The position numbers were made by a program, and so were the translations under genes. This document shows, piece after piece, positions 29,617 to 40,718 of a DNA stretch of 64,000 bases. The stretch lies in contig JAFGDR010000023.1 of the NCBI GenBank assembly GCA_016932035.1, positions 9,775-73,774 on the forward strand, written 5' to 3'. Origin of the DNA: Candidatus Cloacimonadota bacterium. Its GTDB lineage: Bacteria > Cloacimonadota > Cloacimonadia > JGIOTU-2. The notes below the pieces were generated by a model that saw nothing but the letters and a program-made list of their open reading frames with translations, was not told where the DNA came from and made no database searches. How positions within the stretch are numbered: the first letter of the stretch is position 1; each line of letters begins with the position of its first letter.

Positions 29617-32600
29617 TTGAATAAAAACAGATTATCTATTATTGTATTACTGGTGGGTGTTTTCATTTCCTGCCCATTATTGGCACACTCGCCGGTTTCA
29701 GTTATCAAATCTAATGCAGATAATCTAACTATTGAATTCACTCTGCCGGGATATGAACTTATTTCGAAAAGTGACTTTGTATATATTGATTGCCCTGATC
29801 TTATGCGGGAAGAGATCGAGGGAAAGATCGATCTGCCAATTTATTCATTCCTGGTTGGTGTCCCTGTTAATGGAAATACCTATGCTACGATTCTATCAAA
29901 AGATGAACATTTCATTGATATCAAGGCTCCAATTGCACCTTTCCCAGCATTTGTTGACGACCCTTCCAAAGACACATATCGTCCGGTTTACAATTTAGAT
30001 AAGCAGAAATATCAGCTTGAAAATTCGAAAGAGATTCTTGAAATCTCCGAACCATATTTCTGGAGACAGCAACAGGTCGTGAAAGTTTCGATCCGTCCGT
30101 TCATTGTTGACAATAACACATTAAAAATAATCAAAAATCTCAATATATCATTTTCTTTATCTGGAAACAAAAAGCAGTCACTTTTCACAGACGAAAATTT
30201 TGAATTGGTCTTTAAGAATGCAATCATAAACTTCGATGTTGCTAAAGGTTGGAGTTCTGCAGCAGAAGAGGGTAAGCAGTTTAATCCGTTTTCTCAGGCA
30301 CACAGATGGTTCAGAATACAGATTTCAGATGAAGGCATTTGTAAAATAACCAAGCAGAATCTCTCTCAAGCTGGTGCAGATGTAGACAATCTAGATCCTT
30401 ATAAGATAAAGATATTCAATGGCGGGGGATTCTCGCAGAATCGTTCAGTTTATTCGACACTTTATCCTTTCGAAGAAATTCCAGTTTTTGTAAAAGAATC
30501 AGGTTCTGATTTTACGATATATTTTTATGTTCGCGGAACCAATGGATTTGACTTGAACGAGGATTATGATCAATACTACAATCCTTACACTGGAGAAAAT
30601 ACTTATTGGCTTACATATAACACAGATCTTTCTCTTTTAAAAAATCCAGCATTTTCTTCGGAAAATACTAAAGAGCGTGAATCACTCAATACATATATTT
30701 TCTCAGAACATATTGAAGAAGAACAAATCAGGACTGATCCGCTTGAGATCGTATGGTACTGGTCGAGTTTTACGGGCAGCGGTGCAAGCACAAAATATTT
30801 TGACTTTAATGTTTCTGATCTCAATACTTCAGAACCTCAACAAATCTCTCTCAGGTTCAATTATCGTCCTTACTCAGCTTATTTAGATGTGTATGTTAAT
30901 AATACACTTTTAACTGATTATACTTGGTCATCATCCAAAGTAACGTTTACCGGTAATTTTCTAACAAACGGTAAGAACGAGTTAAAGGTTGTTGAAACCA
31001 CTTCAGGTTCGCAGACACTCTATTTTGATTATTATGAAGTGTCCTATACAAAAAATCTCAAAATGCAGAATGACTACCTTGCATTAACCTTGCCGCAAGA
31101 CAATGTTGAATATACGGTTAATGTCACGAATGTTTCAAGTAATGAATTAAGTTTGTTCAAAGTAACTGAGTTTAATCAGGTTGCTAAAATTACTGACTAC
31201 CAACTTTCGGGTTCAACACTATCATTCGATGCACTTTCAGAAGCTGAAGACACTAAATTCTGCATTGTCAACAGCGGTGGCTACATCGTTCCTGATATTG
31301 AAGAAAAACTAAAACCTCAGATGTATTTAAATGGTTCGCTTATAGCTGATTCCTACCTGAGAAGCGATTCAACGCTTGCGAATACAGAAGCGATCATTAT
31401 TACACCAGAACAATTCTGGGACCTTTCCACGGATTTAGCTGATGTTCATCATCAATATGATGACTTGAATGTTTTAGTGGTAAATATAAATGATGTATAT
31501 GATGAATTTTCCTGGGGATTGACAGACGTTGTTGCAATACGTTATTTTTTGAATTATGTCTATGATTATTATGCATTTGATCCTTCAAAGAAACTGGCAT
31601 ATTGTCTTCTTGTCGGTGACGGAACAAATGATTTTAGAGGATACGAACAGGGTTCCGAAGAGAAAAATAAAATACTTCCGTTTGTTGAAGGAACTGTTGC
31701 ATCAGATGATTATTTCGTTTACTTTTTGAACAAAACAAATCCCTCTCTCATGATCGGGCGTCTTCCTGGATATACCGATACTCAAATGGAGATCATGATA
31801 GAGAAGAATATTAATTATGTTACACAACCCAGTTGGGGATATTGGCGGAACCGAGTTATTTTAAGTGCGGACGATTTTCTAAAACAGGGAAAAAATACTG
31901 AAACAGGTCACACTACTCATGCAGAAAGTTGTGCTCGAAGAATCGAGTATAATGTTGAATTACTCAAAAACTACGGTATTATGTATCCACTCGATGAATT
32001 TCAAAGTAAACCCGAAGCCAATGATGATTTGATCAAAATGATCAATAACGGAGCTGCAGTTTTTTACTATATCGGGCATGGCGGATATGATGTGATAGGG
32101 GATGAGGAATATTTCCGGTCAAGTAGAGATATTTCCAAACTCACTAATGCTTATTCCTTAAACTTCTTCCTTGCCGCATCATGTGATATTGGCTTGTTTG
32201 ATTCAAACACCATTGAATCAATGGCAGAAAGAATGCTCTATTCAAAAGGTAAAGGTTCTATAGCAGTATTTGCATCAGCACGCAAAGGAGGATATGGTCC
32301 GTGCTCTGATATTGTTGCACTGGTTGTAAATGACGCTGATGAAGGTATAACGATCGGTCAGGCAGTGCTTGCATCAAAGGGTGGTTCTCCATCGAAATCC
32401 TACGAAAAATATCTCCTTCTTGGAAATCCTATGCTGAAAACTGCACTTCCTGCTGTACGAGGTGATATAACCATCCCTGCAGAATATGCAGATTCACTCA
32501 AAGCACGACAGACTGCAGAAATGATTGGTATCATTGATACAACTGGTTATGAATTTGATGAGGTTTTCAACGTTGTATTTGATACAGACTATTCAAAAGA

Positions 32601-33522
32601 CTATCCTTATGATTACCGTGATCCTAATACCGGTTCTTGGGAAATAAGATACCTTGCGATAGTTCTTAAAGGAGAGGGAATTTTTAAAGGTCCTGTTTCC
32701 TCAGAAAATAACGAATTTGATCTTGGATTTGTTGTGCCGGATGATGTGCTTGGAGGTCAGGAAGGGCAGGTATTGAGTTACTCAATTGGAACTTCGAATG
32801 AAAAAGATGTTGATATTTTACTTCGGTATAATAAACGAACAAGCACTGCTGATCATGATCTCATTATCAATGGCTATGCAGAAGCAGAGAACGACGGTCC
32901 TCCCAGAATTACTATGTGGTTGGATAACGATAGCTTTAAGAGTGGAGATTATGTATCATCTTCTCCGTTAGTAAATGTTGAGATAATCGATAGCAATGGA
33001 GTAAATATAACAAATTATCCAGGACACCGTATTTTACTTACAGTCGATAATGAGTCTGAATACAACATAACAGAGAATTTTGTATACGATCTAAATTCGT
33101 ATATAACTGGCAGTATTGAATACCAGCTTGAATCCATTCCTGCAGGCATACACACAATGCGATTGGAAGTTTTTGATAATCTCAATGAGGTTGCTTTTAA
33201 AGATATTGAATTTAAAGTGAAAGAGCCAGATAATATTGATGTTCGAACTGTTTTAAATTATCCAAATCCAATGAATGACCATACGTATTTTACCTTTTAC
33301 CTTGATGGAGATGCGACCGTAAATATTGAAATTTTTACTGTTGCGGGAAGAAAAATCAAAACTATCAAAACTGATCAAAAATTACGTGCTGGGTATAATC
33401 AAATATACTGGGATGGGAAAGATGATGATGGAGATAATCCGTCAAACGGAGTATATTTTTATAAACTAATTGTTAATGCGAAAAGAATTGATGACACATT
33501 CAAAATTATTATTTTCCATTAA
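29617..33522 (+). CDS. porU: PorU-like C25 peptidase (type IX secretion sortase)
   Basis: WFRI....GI.KI, YDEFSWG..D..AIRYFL, LLVGDG..DFR; intact dyad YIGHG / AASC; D..PP.I..W; C-terminus VLNYPNPM...I.IFTVAGR.IK...WDG.D.DG....NGVYFYK. Confidence 0.82.
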   Translation: MNKNRLSIIVLLVGVFISCPLLAHSPVSVIKSNADNLTIEFTLPGYELISKSDFVYIDCPDLMREEIEGKIDLPIYSFLVGVPVNGNTYATILSKDEHFIDIKAPIAPFPAFVDDPSKDTYRPVYNLDKQKYQLENSKEILEISEPYFWRQQQVVKVSIRPFIVDNNTLKIIKNLNISFSLSGNKKQSLFTDENFELVFKNAIINFDVAKGWSSAAEEGKQFNPFSQAHRWFRIQISDEGICKITKQNLSQAGADVDNLDPYKIKIFNGGGFSQNRSVYSTLYPFEEIPVFVKESGSDFTIYFYVRGTNGFDLNEDYDQYYNPYTGENTYWLTYNTDLSLLKNPAFSSENTKERESLNTYIFSEHIEEEQIRTDPLEIVWYWSSFTGSGASTKYFDFNVSDLNTSEPQQISLRFNYRPYSAYLDVYVNNTLLTDYTWSSSKVTFTGNFLTNGKNELKVVETTSGSQTLYFDYYEVSYTKNLKMQNDYLALTLPQDNVEYTVNVTNVSSNELSLFKVTEFNQVAKITDYQLSGSTLSFDALSEAEDTKFCIVNSGGYIVPDIEEKLKPQMYLNGSLIADSYLRSDSTLANTEAIIITPEQFWDLSTDLADVHHQYDDLNVLVVNINDVYDEFSWGLTDVVAIRYFLNYVYDYYAFDPSKKLAYCLLVGDGTNDFRGYEQGSEEKNKILPFVEGTVASDDYFVYFLNKTNPSLMIGRLPGYTDTQMEIMIEKNINYVTQPSWGYWRNRVILSADDFLKQGKNTETGHTTHAESCARRIEYNVELLKNYGIMYPLDEFQSKPEANDDLIKMINNGAAVFYYIGHGGYDVIGDEEYFRSSRDISKLTNAYSLNFFLAASCDIGLFDSNTIESMAERMLYSKGKGSIAVFASARKGGYGPCSDIVALVVNDADEGITIGQAVLASKGGSPSKSYEKYLLLGNPMLKTALPAVRGDITIPAEYADSLKARQTAEMIGIIDTTGYEFDEVFNVVFDTDYSKDYPYDYRDPNTGSWEIRYLAIVLKGEGIFKGPVSSENNEFDLGFVVPDDVLGGQEGQVLSYSIGTSNEKDVDILLRYNKRTSTADHDLIINGYAEAENDGPPRITMWLDNDSFKSGDYVSSSPLVNVEIIDSNGVNITNYPGHRILLTVDNESEYNITENFVYDLNSYITGSIEYQLESIPAGIHTMRLEVFDNLNEVAFKDIEFKVKEPDNIDVRTVLNYPNPMNDHTYFTFYLDGDATVNIEIFTVAGRKIKTIKTDQKLRAGYNQIYWDGKDDDGDNPSNGVYFYKLIVNAKRIDDTFKIIIFH

Positions 33523-33801
33523 TTATAGCATATATGCTTCCTTATCGCTTTAATAAATTTGACAAGTCAAAATTATATTCTAAATATTGGAAATGATTTT
33601 ATAGACTATTGATTAAATTATTATAATGAAGCTATAAAAAGAAAAAGTGAAACGTTAATGTCTATGTTAGGCTTGAAACCAGTTTTATCTCATCATTTAC
33701 TTGCTGGTTATACCCGAAGGGGATTTTTGTTAATTTCTAAATTAGGTTTTTAAAATAATTATGTTAACAATATCTGATTTGAAAAAATCGGAGGAGACGG
33801 T

Positions 33802-36651
33802 ATGAAAAAACTTATTGGATTAACGATCGTGGCCTTGTTCATTACCTCACTTGCATTTGCAGTTAATTATACAAGTGGAGAAATGAGCAAAGGAACACCT
33901 TCAAACTTTGAATCACGTTCTAACTTTACTCCTGGCGAACAGCTTCACAGAGTTGCACCTAAAAATGTAGACCCTCATCGTGACGCTCCAGAACCAGAAG
34001 GTGTTCAACTTTTATATTGGGAAAACTTTGAAACCGAAGATGATATTTGGTATTATGCCAATCTTTCATATTACTGGGTTATTCCTGTTGAAGCTTCTGA
34101 GTTCGGAACTCGTTTTACTGCTTATAGATCTGGCGACCTTGTAGGTGCATGGTTCTATTGGTACACTGGAAATGGTGGAGACGCTGATGTTCATGTCTAT
34201 GCGGATGATGGAACAGGATATCCTGGTGCCGGTTTAGGCAGCGTATCAGTTACACCAATTCTTAACGATTGGAACTACGTAGATCTTTCTGGTCTTGGAA
34301 TTTCTGTTGATCCCTCTGCAGACTTCTTTATCACCTATAGTGTAGAAGCTGGTGATACTCTTAGTATTCTTTCAGATGATGGCGCGACTACAAATAATCG
34401 TGCACTTGAAGTTCTTCCCACAGTAAAAGATTGGACCTATATGGTTAATGATTGGGGGGCAGACTACGAATGGTGCCTCGAAGCAATCATAGAGCACGAC
34501 ACTGACCCCTGGATTCCTGAAATTGCAGGAAGATGGCAGTGGGTCGATACTGATTATAATAGCCCCGATCATTCATGGTGGATTGCTGATGATCCAGCAT
34601 ATCAAGGATACAACTGGCTCAGCTCAGAACCCTTTACTATAGGTGATGACTATGCTTTGGTTCAGGTAGATTACGCTTACAGAAGCAGCTTACCTGAAGC
34701 AGTATATTCAGATGAATATTGGTCATTCTACATTGGAAATACAGCCGATGGTATTGATTGGCATGCTTCAACCTATAATGCTTATAACTCTGGCACATCC
34801 TGGTATGCTGGTGATGAAGTAACACATGAGTATGGTACCAGTGCTATTTACTATTTATACACACCGGACATTGATCTTACCACTGCTTGTGAAGCCACAT
34901 TGACATGTATGCTTGATTATGATACAGAAGCACCAGGTGGAGAAGACCCACCATTCAACGGCTGGGATGTTGCAAACGTCCAGATCTCTACAGATGGTTG
35001 GGCGACAAAAGGATTCCTTGAAGATCCTGCAAATCCCTATAATGTAACTATTGCATTTGCAGGATGGGCAAATACTTCACTTCCAGCAGACACATTGAGC
35101 TATCCCGGTTGGGGTGGTCCAAGTCCTGCCGGCTGGTTCGCAGGAACTTTCGACCTTGCTGCATATCTTGGTGAAACAGTTCAAATCCGTTTTGCTCTTG
35201 CATCAGATCCTTATACTGTTGCTCAGGGATTCTGGGTTGACAATCTTGATATTACAGCAGACGGTACAGTAATATTCTCAGATTATGATGAAACCAACTT
35301 AATTCCAGCCCCTCCAGTTGTTGTTCTTGAAGAGCTTGAATACCTGGATACTTATACTGATGAAGATTGGTATGTTACTGATAAATATGACATTTCCATG
35401 TATGCTGGTGAAGAAGTAATCCTGAAAATGAAGGCTACTCTTGCGAATGATGCAGGATCCGGAGAAGGTTTCTGGTTCGATGACATCCAGATAACCGGAG
35501 CCAACCTTCCTGTTCATGATATGGCAGCAATGTTCAATGTAATGCCGTATGGTGCGACCGAAGGATGGGATTATAGTCCCGGTATCGTTTATGGAAACTT
35601 CGGAACAACAATAGAAGGTCCACAGCTTAGAATGGATAACCTTGATTATGGTACAACTCCATTCGATTATTACAATAACAATCCTCCAGCAATCGGCTAT
35701 GGCGAATTTGATCTCGCTTGGCTCACTCAACTAGCAGCACTTCCGGGTGCCGGCTGGTATGATTTCTGTGGCTGGACAGAGGTTGGTGGCGATGAAGATC
35801 CCACAAACGACTCTACCTATTTCTGGGGTGTCGAAGTATATCCCGCAGGATGGGCAGAATTCGGTAATAACTCCAGAGTATGGAGTGAAGACTATTATAC
35901 TTCTGGATACTGTGGAAACTGGTTTGATATCTTCGATGGTGCTCGTATGACATCATTTGATATCTATTCAGTTTGGACTCAGGTAATCAACTATGGTTCA
36001 ACTGGTGATGTTGACACATGGACAGTTGAGATCTTCGAAGCCATTGATGATCTTACTCCTGGCGCAAGCTTATACTATGGTTCATTCGATTGTACAGGCA
36101 TTGATGGTGATGATTTTGGTTGGGTTGAATTCGTTCTTCCTACACCATTACATATTACTGGTAATGTCATTGTAATGATCGGTGGACAATGGGTAGGTGG
36201 AGCACCTGGTGTCGATGCAAGTTACTTCCCAGCATTTGACAGCATGGTTCGTAACTACCTTGGTGTTGGAGCATACTACGGACACAGTGTTTACGGCACA
36301 GAAGGCGATCCTTCAACTTGGGGACATTCCTCAGGTGACCGTTTCGTCAACATCTATGGTCGCGTAGATTATGCTGTTGATCCTGGTTCACAAGGTGAAT
36401 TAAGCTATCTCAAGCAGTGCGTACCGAACCCGGTAACAAACAATGCTACTATTAGCTATCATATTAAGAATTCACCAATGAACAACGCGCAGATCAAGAT
36501 CTATAATGTGCTTGGTCAGCTTGTTGACACAGTTCAGGGTGAAAATGGCGAAGCCACTTGGAATCCTGGCGATGCACCAAATGGTGTATATTTCTACAAG
36601 ATCTCATCTGATGACTTCACTTCTGTTAAGAAGATGATACTCATGAGATAA
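33802..36651 (+). CDS. Large acidic secreted/surface protein with beta-sandwich (InhA/cleaved-adhesin-like) domains and T9SS-type CTD
   Basis: Signal peptide; repeated DL..Y.GE.V..RF....D......GFW.D.I motifs; CTD PNP...IKIYNVLGQLV...GVYFYK...KKMILMR; strong GGAGG RBS. Confidence 0.75.
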   Translation: MKKLIGLTIVALFITSLAFAVNYTSGEMSKGTPSNFESRSNFTPGEQLHRVAPKNVDPHRDAPEPEGVQLLYWENFETEDDIWYYANLSYYWVIPVEASEFGTRFTAYRSGDLVGAWFYWYTGNGGDADVHVYADDGTGYPGAGLGSVSVTPILNDWNYVDLSGLGISVDPSADFFITYSVEAGDTLSILSDDGATTNNRALEVLPTVKDWTYMVNDWGADYEWCLEAIIEHDTDPWIPEIAGRWQWVDTDYNSPDHSWWIADDPAYQGYNWLSSEPFTIGDDYALVQVDYAYRSSLPEAVYSDEYWSFYIGNTADGIDWHASTYNAYNSGTSWYAGDEVTHEYGTSAIYYLYTPDIDLTTACEATLTCMLDYDTEAPGGEDPPFNGWDVANVQISTDGWATKGFLEDPANPYNVTIAFAGWANTSLPADTLSYPGWGGPSPAGWFAGTFDLAAYLGETVQIRFALASDPYTVAQGFWVDNLDITADGTVIFSDYDETNLIPAPPVVVLEELEYLDTYTDEDWYVTDKYDISMYAGEEVILKMKATLANDAGSGEGFWFDDIQITGANLPVHDMAAMFNVMPYGATEGWDYSPGIVYGNFGTTIEGPQLRMDNLDYGTTPFDYYNNNPPAIGYGEFDLAWLTQLAALPGAGWYDFCGWTEVGGDEDPTNDSTYFWGVEVYPAGWAEFGNNSRVWSEDYYTSGYCGNWFDIFDGARMTSFDIYSVWTQVINYGSTGDVDTWTVEIFEAIDDLTPGASLYYGSFDCTGIDGDDFGWVEFVLPTPLHITGNVIVMIGGQWVGGAPGVDASYFPAFDSMVRNYLGVGAYYGHSVYGTEGDPSTWGHSSGDRFVNIYGRVDYAVDPGSQGELSYLKQCVPNPVTNNATISYHIKNSPMNNAQIKIYNVLGQLVDTVQGENGEATWNPGDAPNGVYFYKISSDDFTSVKKMILMR

Positions 36652-36663
36652 TGAATTAATATT

Positions 36664-36701
36664 AAAGCCCTATTCTGGAAACGGAGTAGGGCTTTTTTTT
36701 T
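36664..36701 (+). terminator. Rho-independent terminator
   Basis: AAAGCCCTATTC-TGGAAACG-GAGTAGGGCTTT followed by a T-run. Confidence 0.85.
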
Positions 36702-36708
36702 AGAAAGA

Positions 36709-38577
36709 ATGAAATCTCTTACCAGCGATAAGAAGAGCAAGATAAGTCTAGTTATTATATTGATAGCAATTCTTATCTTTATCAATCCGCTCTTTATTAC
36801 AACTCAAAAACAACTTTTTTTTCCTACTAAAATACTCGTTCAGCAAATCCTGATTCTTATCATACTTATATCTTTTCTGCTTTACAAGCATATTGAAAGA
36901 ATAAAAATTTCCCAACAACTCATCATTCTCGGCTTATATATTCTATATTTATTTATACGAACAATCATCCAGCCAGTTCCAAGTTATGGATTTGAACAAC
37001 TCGTTTATCTCATCCCGTATTTTTTACTTTATGCAATTCTTTCTCAACTCAACTTGAACAAGAATGAAATGTTGTTTATTAGTAATACATTTCTATTAAG
37101 TTTTATTGTATCAATCGTTTTTGGAATTTTTCTCCAATCCAAGCATTCCAGTTTTTCGAACTTTTCGAGACTTCAGCTCACTTGGGCAAATGCTAACTAT
37201 CTTGCGAGTTATCTATTAGTTACATTGGCATTTGTGTTATATTCATGGAAAACATCAAAGGAAAAATGGATTCATGTTATATCAGCAACTAGCATAGCAA
37301 TTGTTCTGATCTTCTTACTTTGGACTCAATCAAGAGGTGGGCTTGTTAGTTTTTTTCTTATTCTTATCTGTATTTTTCTTTTTTATGCAATTAAAAATAA
37401 AAAGAAATGGTTGATTGCAGGTTTATCTGTAATCATTATCATATTTATTATTGGCTCTATATATGTATTCAGGACAATACGTCCTCAAACATTGATCTTT
37501 CGAGAGAGAATTTATCAAGCGGATGTTCACTATATCAAACATAATTTTGTTTTCGGATCTGGTGTTGGAACTTTTGTCAGAGAATTCCCCCAATACAGAT
37601 TAAAGGACTATAAATTGTATGGGCAAGAGGATATTATATCTCATGCACACAACGAATTTATTGAGGTATGGGCAGAGACTGGTATTGTGGGTATAGCATT
37701 AATTCTTCTTTTCTTTTTGTCTCTTATCAAAAATTTTAAAAATAATATTAATAGTAAAAACAAATATTTTCTATATGCTGCAGGATTTTCTTTACTGCTT
37801 CTTCTCATACATAATCTCTTTTCTATTACAATGCGAATTCCACCAATTCTCTTTTATTTCTTTGTGCTGACAGGATTCCTCGCACAAAATTATAATAAGG
37901 AAAATGGTTCAAAGGTTAGATTTGTCTCAAAATTTATTCTTATAGTTTTTGTAGTAGTTTTGATCATTTGTATTTATCAGCAATTGAGAACAATTCAGGG
38001 ATTAAAACATTTTTCTCGATCAGAAGAATTATATGCACAAAAAGATCCAAATCTAATGATGTCTGCAATTCTTGAAGCAGAAAAGGCATCAAAGTATATT
38101 CCTGAAAACGCAGATCTGCTTTATCATAAAGGATTCTTGTACTCAATGCAGCAGGATGATGTCAATGCATTAAAGACCTACCAGAAGCTTGAGAAAGTAG
38201 CTCCATATTACCCTCAGCTCTTTTTCTGGAAAGGGTATATCCTTTCTCTAAAAGGAGATTGGATTGCATCGGTAAAGAGTTATAAGAGAGAGATAGAATA
38301 TAATGAGTATCCAAAGGTTTATTTCAATCTTGCAATAGCGTATCATTATTTGGGAGATGAGAATAAATCTATGCTCAACTTCCTGCACTTTGCTGAAAAA
38401 ATAAAACTCAAAATAGAAAAACATCTTATCAAAGACAAGCAGCAAATCCTCGAAGAAGAAGGGTGGAATTTGAAATTTGCCCTCGACAAACTTGAAGAAT
38501 ATTATAAAAAGAACGTTGCTCTATCCAATAGAATAAAAGAATTAAAAGGATGTTTTTTTCCGGAAGGTAATAATTAG
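36709..38577 (+). CDS. O-antigen ligase/O-oligosaccharyltransferase (Wzy_C) family membrane protein with C-terminal TPRs
   Basis: About 12 TM segments; N.NYLA, TQSRGG, G.G.GTF and HAHNEF...WAETG motifs; TPR-like tail. Confidence 0.85.
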   Translation: MKSLTSDKKSKISLVIILIAILIFINPLFITTQKQLFFPTKILVQQILILIILISFLLYKHIERIKISQQLIILGLYILYLFIRTIIQPVPSYGFEQLVYLIPYFLLYAILSQLNLNKNEMLFISNTFLLSFIVSIVFGIFLQSKHSSFSNFSRLQLTWANANYLASYLLVTLAFVLYSWKTSKEKWIHVISATSIAIVLIFLLWTQSRGGLVSFFLILICIFLFYAIKNKKKWLIAGLSVIIIIFIIGSIYVFRTIRPQTLIFRERIYQADVHYIKHNFVFGSGVGTFVREFPQYRLKDYKLYGQEDIISHAHNEFIEVWAETGIVGIALILLFFLSLIKNFKNNINSKNKYFLYAAGFSLLLLLIHNLFSITMRIPPILFYFFVLTGFLAQNYNKENGSKVRFVSKFILIVFVVVLIICIYQQLRTIQGLKHFSRSEELYAQKDPNLMMSAILEAEKASKYIPENADLLYHKGFLYSMQQDDVNALKTYQKLEKVAPYYPQLFFWKGYILSLKGDWIASVKSYKREIEYNEYPKVYFNLAIAYHYLGDENKSMLNFLHFAEKIKLKIEKHLIKDKQQILEEEGWNLKFALDKLEEYYKKNVALSNRIKELKGCFFPEGNN

Positions 38578-38654
38578 CTTAAAAGACCTATTTTTCTTTA
38601 CTACCCTTGCAACATACTTTTTAAATAGCCATTTTAATGCATGAAGAGGTGAAC

Positions 38655-40295
38655 ATGAAAAAGAAATATGAAGAACTCGTTTTGAAACTGACAGAGAGAT
38701 TTCCAGAACGGCAGAAAGAGTTCCTGACCGGGTCTTCTGAAAAGGTTGAACGTCTCTATACACCGGAAGAAACTGAAAAGATAAAATATAATGAAGATAT
38801 TGGTTATCCTGGTCTTTATCCCTTTACGAGAGGAGTCCAGCCAACTATGTATAGAGGGAGATTGTGGACGATGAGACAATATGCTGGTTTTGGTTCTGCT
38901 GAAGAATCAAATCAGAGATATAAATATTTGCTTTCACAGGGACAGACCGGTTTGTCTATCGCTTTCGATCTTTGCACTCAAATAGGATATGATTCCGATG
39001 ATCCTATGAGTGCTGGAGAGGTAGGAAAGGTCGGTGTTGCAATTGATTCACTTGCAGATATGGAAATTCTTTTTGATGGAATTCCACTTGGTAAAGTATC
39101 TACTTCAATGACAATTAATGCACCTGCTGCAATTATACTTGCAATGTATTTAGCTGTTGCAGAGAAGCAGGGAGTAACACCGGATAAGCTGAAAGGTACA
39201 ATTCAAAATGATATATTGAAAGAATATATTGCACGTGGTACTTATATTTTTCCTCCAAAACAATCAATGAGACTCATTACGAATACTTTTGAGTACTGTT
39301 CGCAGAACGTACCATATTGGAATACAATCTCAGTTTCTGGCTACCATATACGGGAAGCAGGTTCAACTGCTGCTGAGGAAGTTGCATTTACACTTGCTGA
39401 TGGTATTGCTTACGTCCAGGCAGCTATCGATGCAAAGCTCGAAGTTGACGACTTTGCACCGAGAGTATCATTTTTCTTCAATGCTCATAATGATCTCTTT
39501 GAAGAAGTAGCTAAATTTAGAGCTGCAAGACGATTATGGGCACGTATTATGAAGGATAGGTTCAATACTGATAATCCGAAGTCTCAAATGCTTCGTTTTC
39601 ATACGCAGACTGGAGGTTCTACACTGACAGCTCAGCAGTCAGATAATAATATTGTTCGGGTTGCAATACAAGCCCTTGCTGCAGTGCTTGGTGGAACCCA
39701 GTCTTTGCACACGAACTCACGAGACGAAGCGCTTGCACTCCCAACAGAGGATTCTGTGCGAATTGCGCTACGTACACAGCAGATTATTGGATATGAAAGT
39801 GGAGTAACAAATACTGTCGATCCTCTTGCGGGTTCATATTTTGTAGAAAAGATGACAGAAGATATTGAAAGAAAAGCTGAAGAATATATAAACCAAATCG
39901 ATGAACTCGGGGGAATGGTCGAAGCAATAGAAAAGGGATATGTTCAAAAACAGATCCAGGATAGTGCATATAAATATCAGAAACAAATTGAAAAAAATGA
40001 ACGAATAATTGTTGGTGTTAATAAGTTCACTATTGAGGAAGAGTCACCCAAAAATCTTTTAAGAGTCGATGAAAAAGTTGAACTGCAACAGATAGAAAAA
40101 CTACACAAAGTGAAGGCTGAACGTAGTGAACAAAAAGTAATTGAAAGTCTCGAGAAAATTCGAAAAGTAGCTCGTACTAATGAGAATATCATACCCTTCC
40201 TGCTTGAAGCAGTCAAAACCTATGCTACCCTTGGTGAGATTTGTAATGTCTTACGTGAAGAATTTGGTGAATATAACGAACAATTAGTACTTTAA
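38655..40295 (+). CDS. Methylmalonyl-CoA mutase, large (substrate-binding) subunit
   Basis: [18 protein letters not shown] (Tyr specificity residue), [19 protein letters not shown] and QSLHTNS.DEAL motifs. The GAGG RBS favours ATG 38655. Confidence 0.93.
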   Translation: MKKKYEELVLKLTERFPERQKEFLTGSSEKVERLYTPEETEKIKYNEDIGYPGLYPFTRGVQPTMYRGRLWTMRQYAGFGSAEESNQRYKYLLSQGQTGLSIAFDLCTQIGYDSDDPMSAGEVGKVGVAIDSLADMEILFDGIPLGKVSTSMTINAPAAIILAMYLAVAEKQGVTPDKLKGTIQNDILKEYIARGTYIFPPKQSMRLITNTFEYCSQNVPYWNTISVSGYHIREAGSTAAEEVAFTLADGIAYVQAAIDAKLEVDDFAPRVSFFFNAHNDLFEEVAKFRAARRLWARIMKDRFNTDNPKSQMLRFHTQTGGSTLTAQQSDNNIVRVAIQALAAVLGGTQSLHTNSRDEALALPTEDSVRIALRTQQIIGYESGVTNTVDPLAGSYFVEKMTEDIERKAEEYINQIDELGGMVEAIEKGYVQKQIQDSAYKYQKQIEKNERIIVGVNKFTIEEESPKNLLRVDEKVELQQIEKLHKVKAERSEQKVIESLEKIRKVARTNENIIPFLLEAVKTYATLGEICNVLREEFGEYNEQLVL

Positions 40296-40310
40296 GAGGA
40301 ATATATAAAT

Positions 40311-40706
40311 ATGAAAAAAATAAGAATATTGATTGCAAAACCTGGTCTTGATGGTCATGATAGAGGTGCAAAATTCGTGTCCCGAGCGCTCAGAGATGCA
40401 GGATATGAAGTTATTTATACAGGTATTCGGCAAACCCCTGAACAGATCGTAGCATCAGCTATTCAGGAAGATGTGGATTTTCTTGGAATGAGCATACTCT
40501 CTGGGGCGCATAATGTCCTCTTTAAAAAAATCATGAGCATTCTCAAAAAGGAAGATGCTGAAGATATTATAGTTTTTGCCGGTGGTGTCATACCTGATGA
40601 AGATATTCCATATTTAAAATCACTCGGCATTAGAGCAATATTTACTCCAGGAACATCTTCAGAAGACATTATTCGATTCATAGAAGAGAACGCAACAAAA
40701 GCATAG
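40311..40706 (+). CDS. Methylmalonyl-CoA mutase, cobalamin-binding subunit
   Basis: [10 protein letters not shown] (DxHxxG), S.LSGAH and GGVIP motifs. Confidence 0.95.
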   Translation: MKKIRILIAKPGLDGHDRGAKFVSRALRDAGYEVIYTGIRQTPEQIVASAIQEDVDFLGMSILSGAHNVLFKKIMSILKKEDAEDIIVFAGGVIPDEDIPYLKSLGIRAIFTPGTSSEDIIRFIEENATKA

Positions 40707-40718
40707 ATAGGAGATCAC

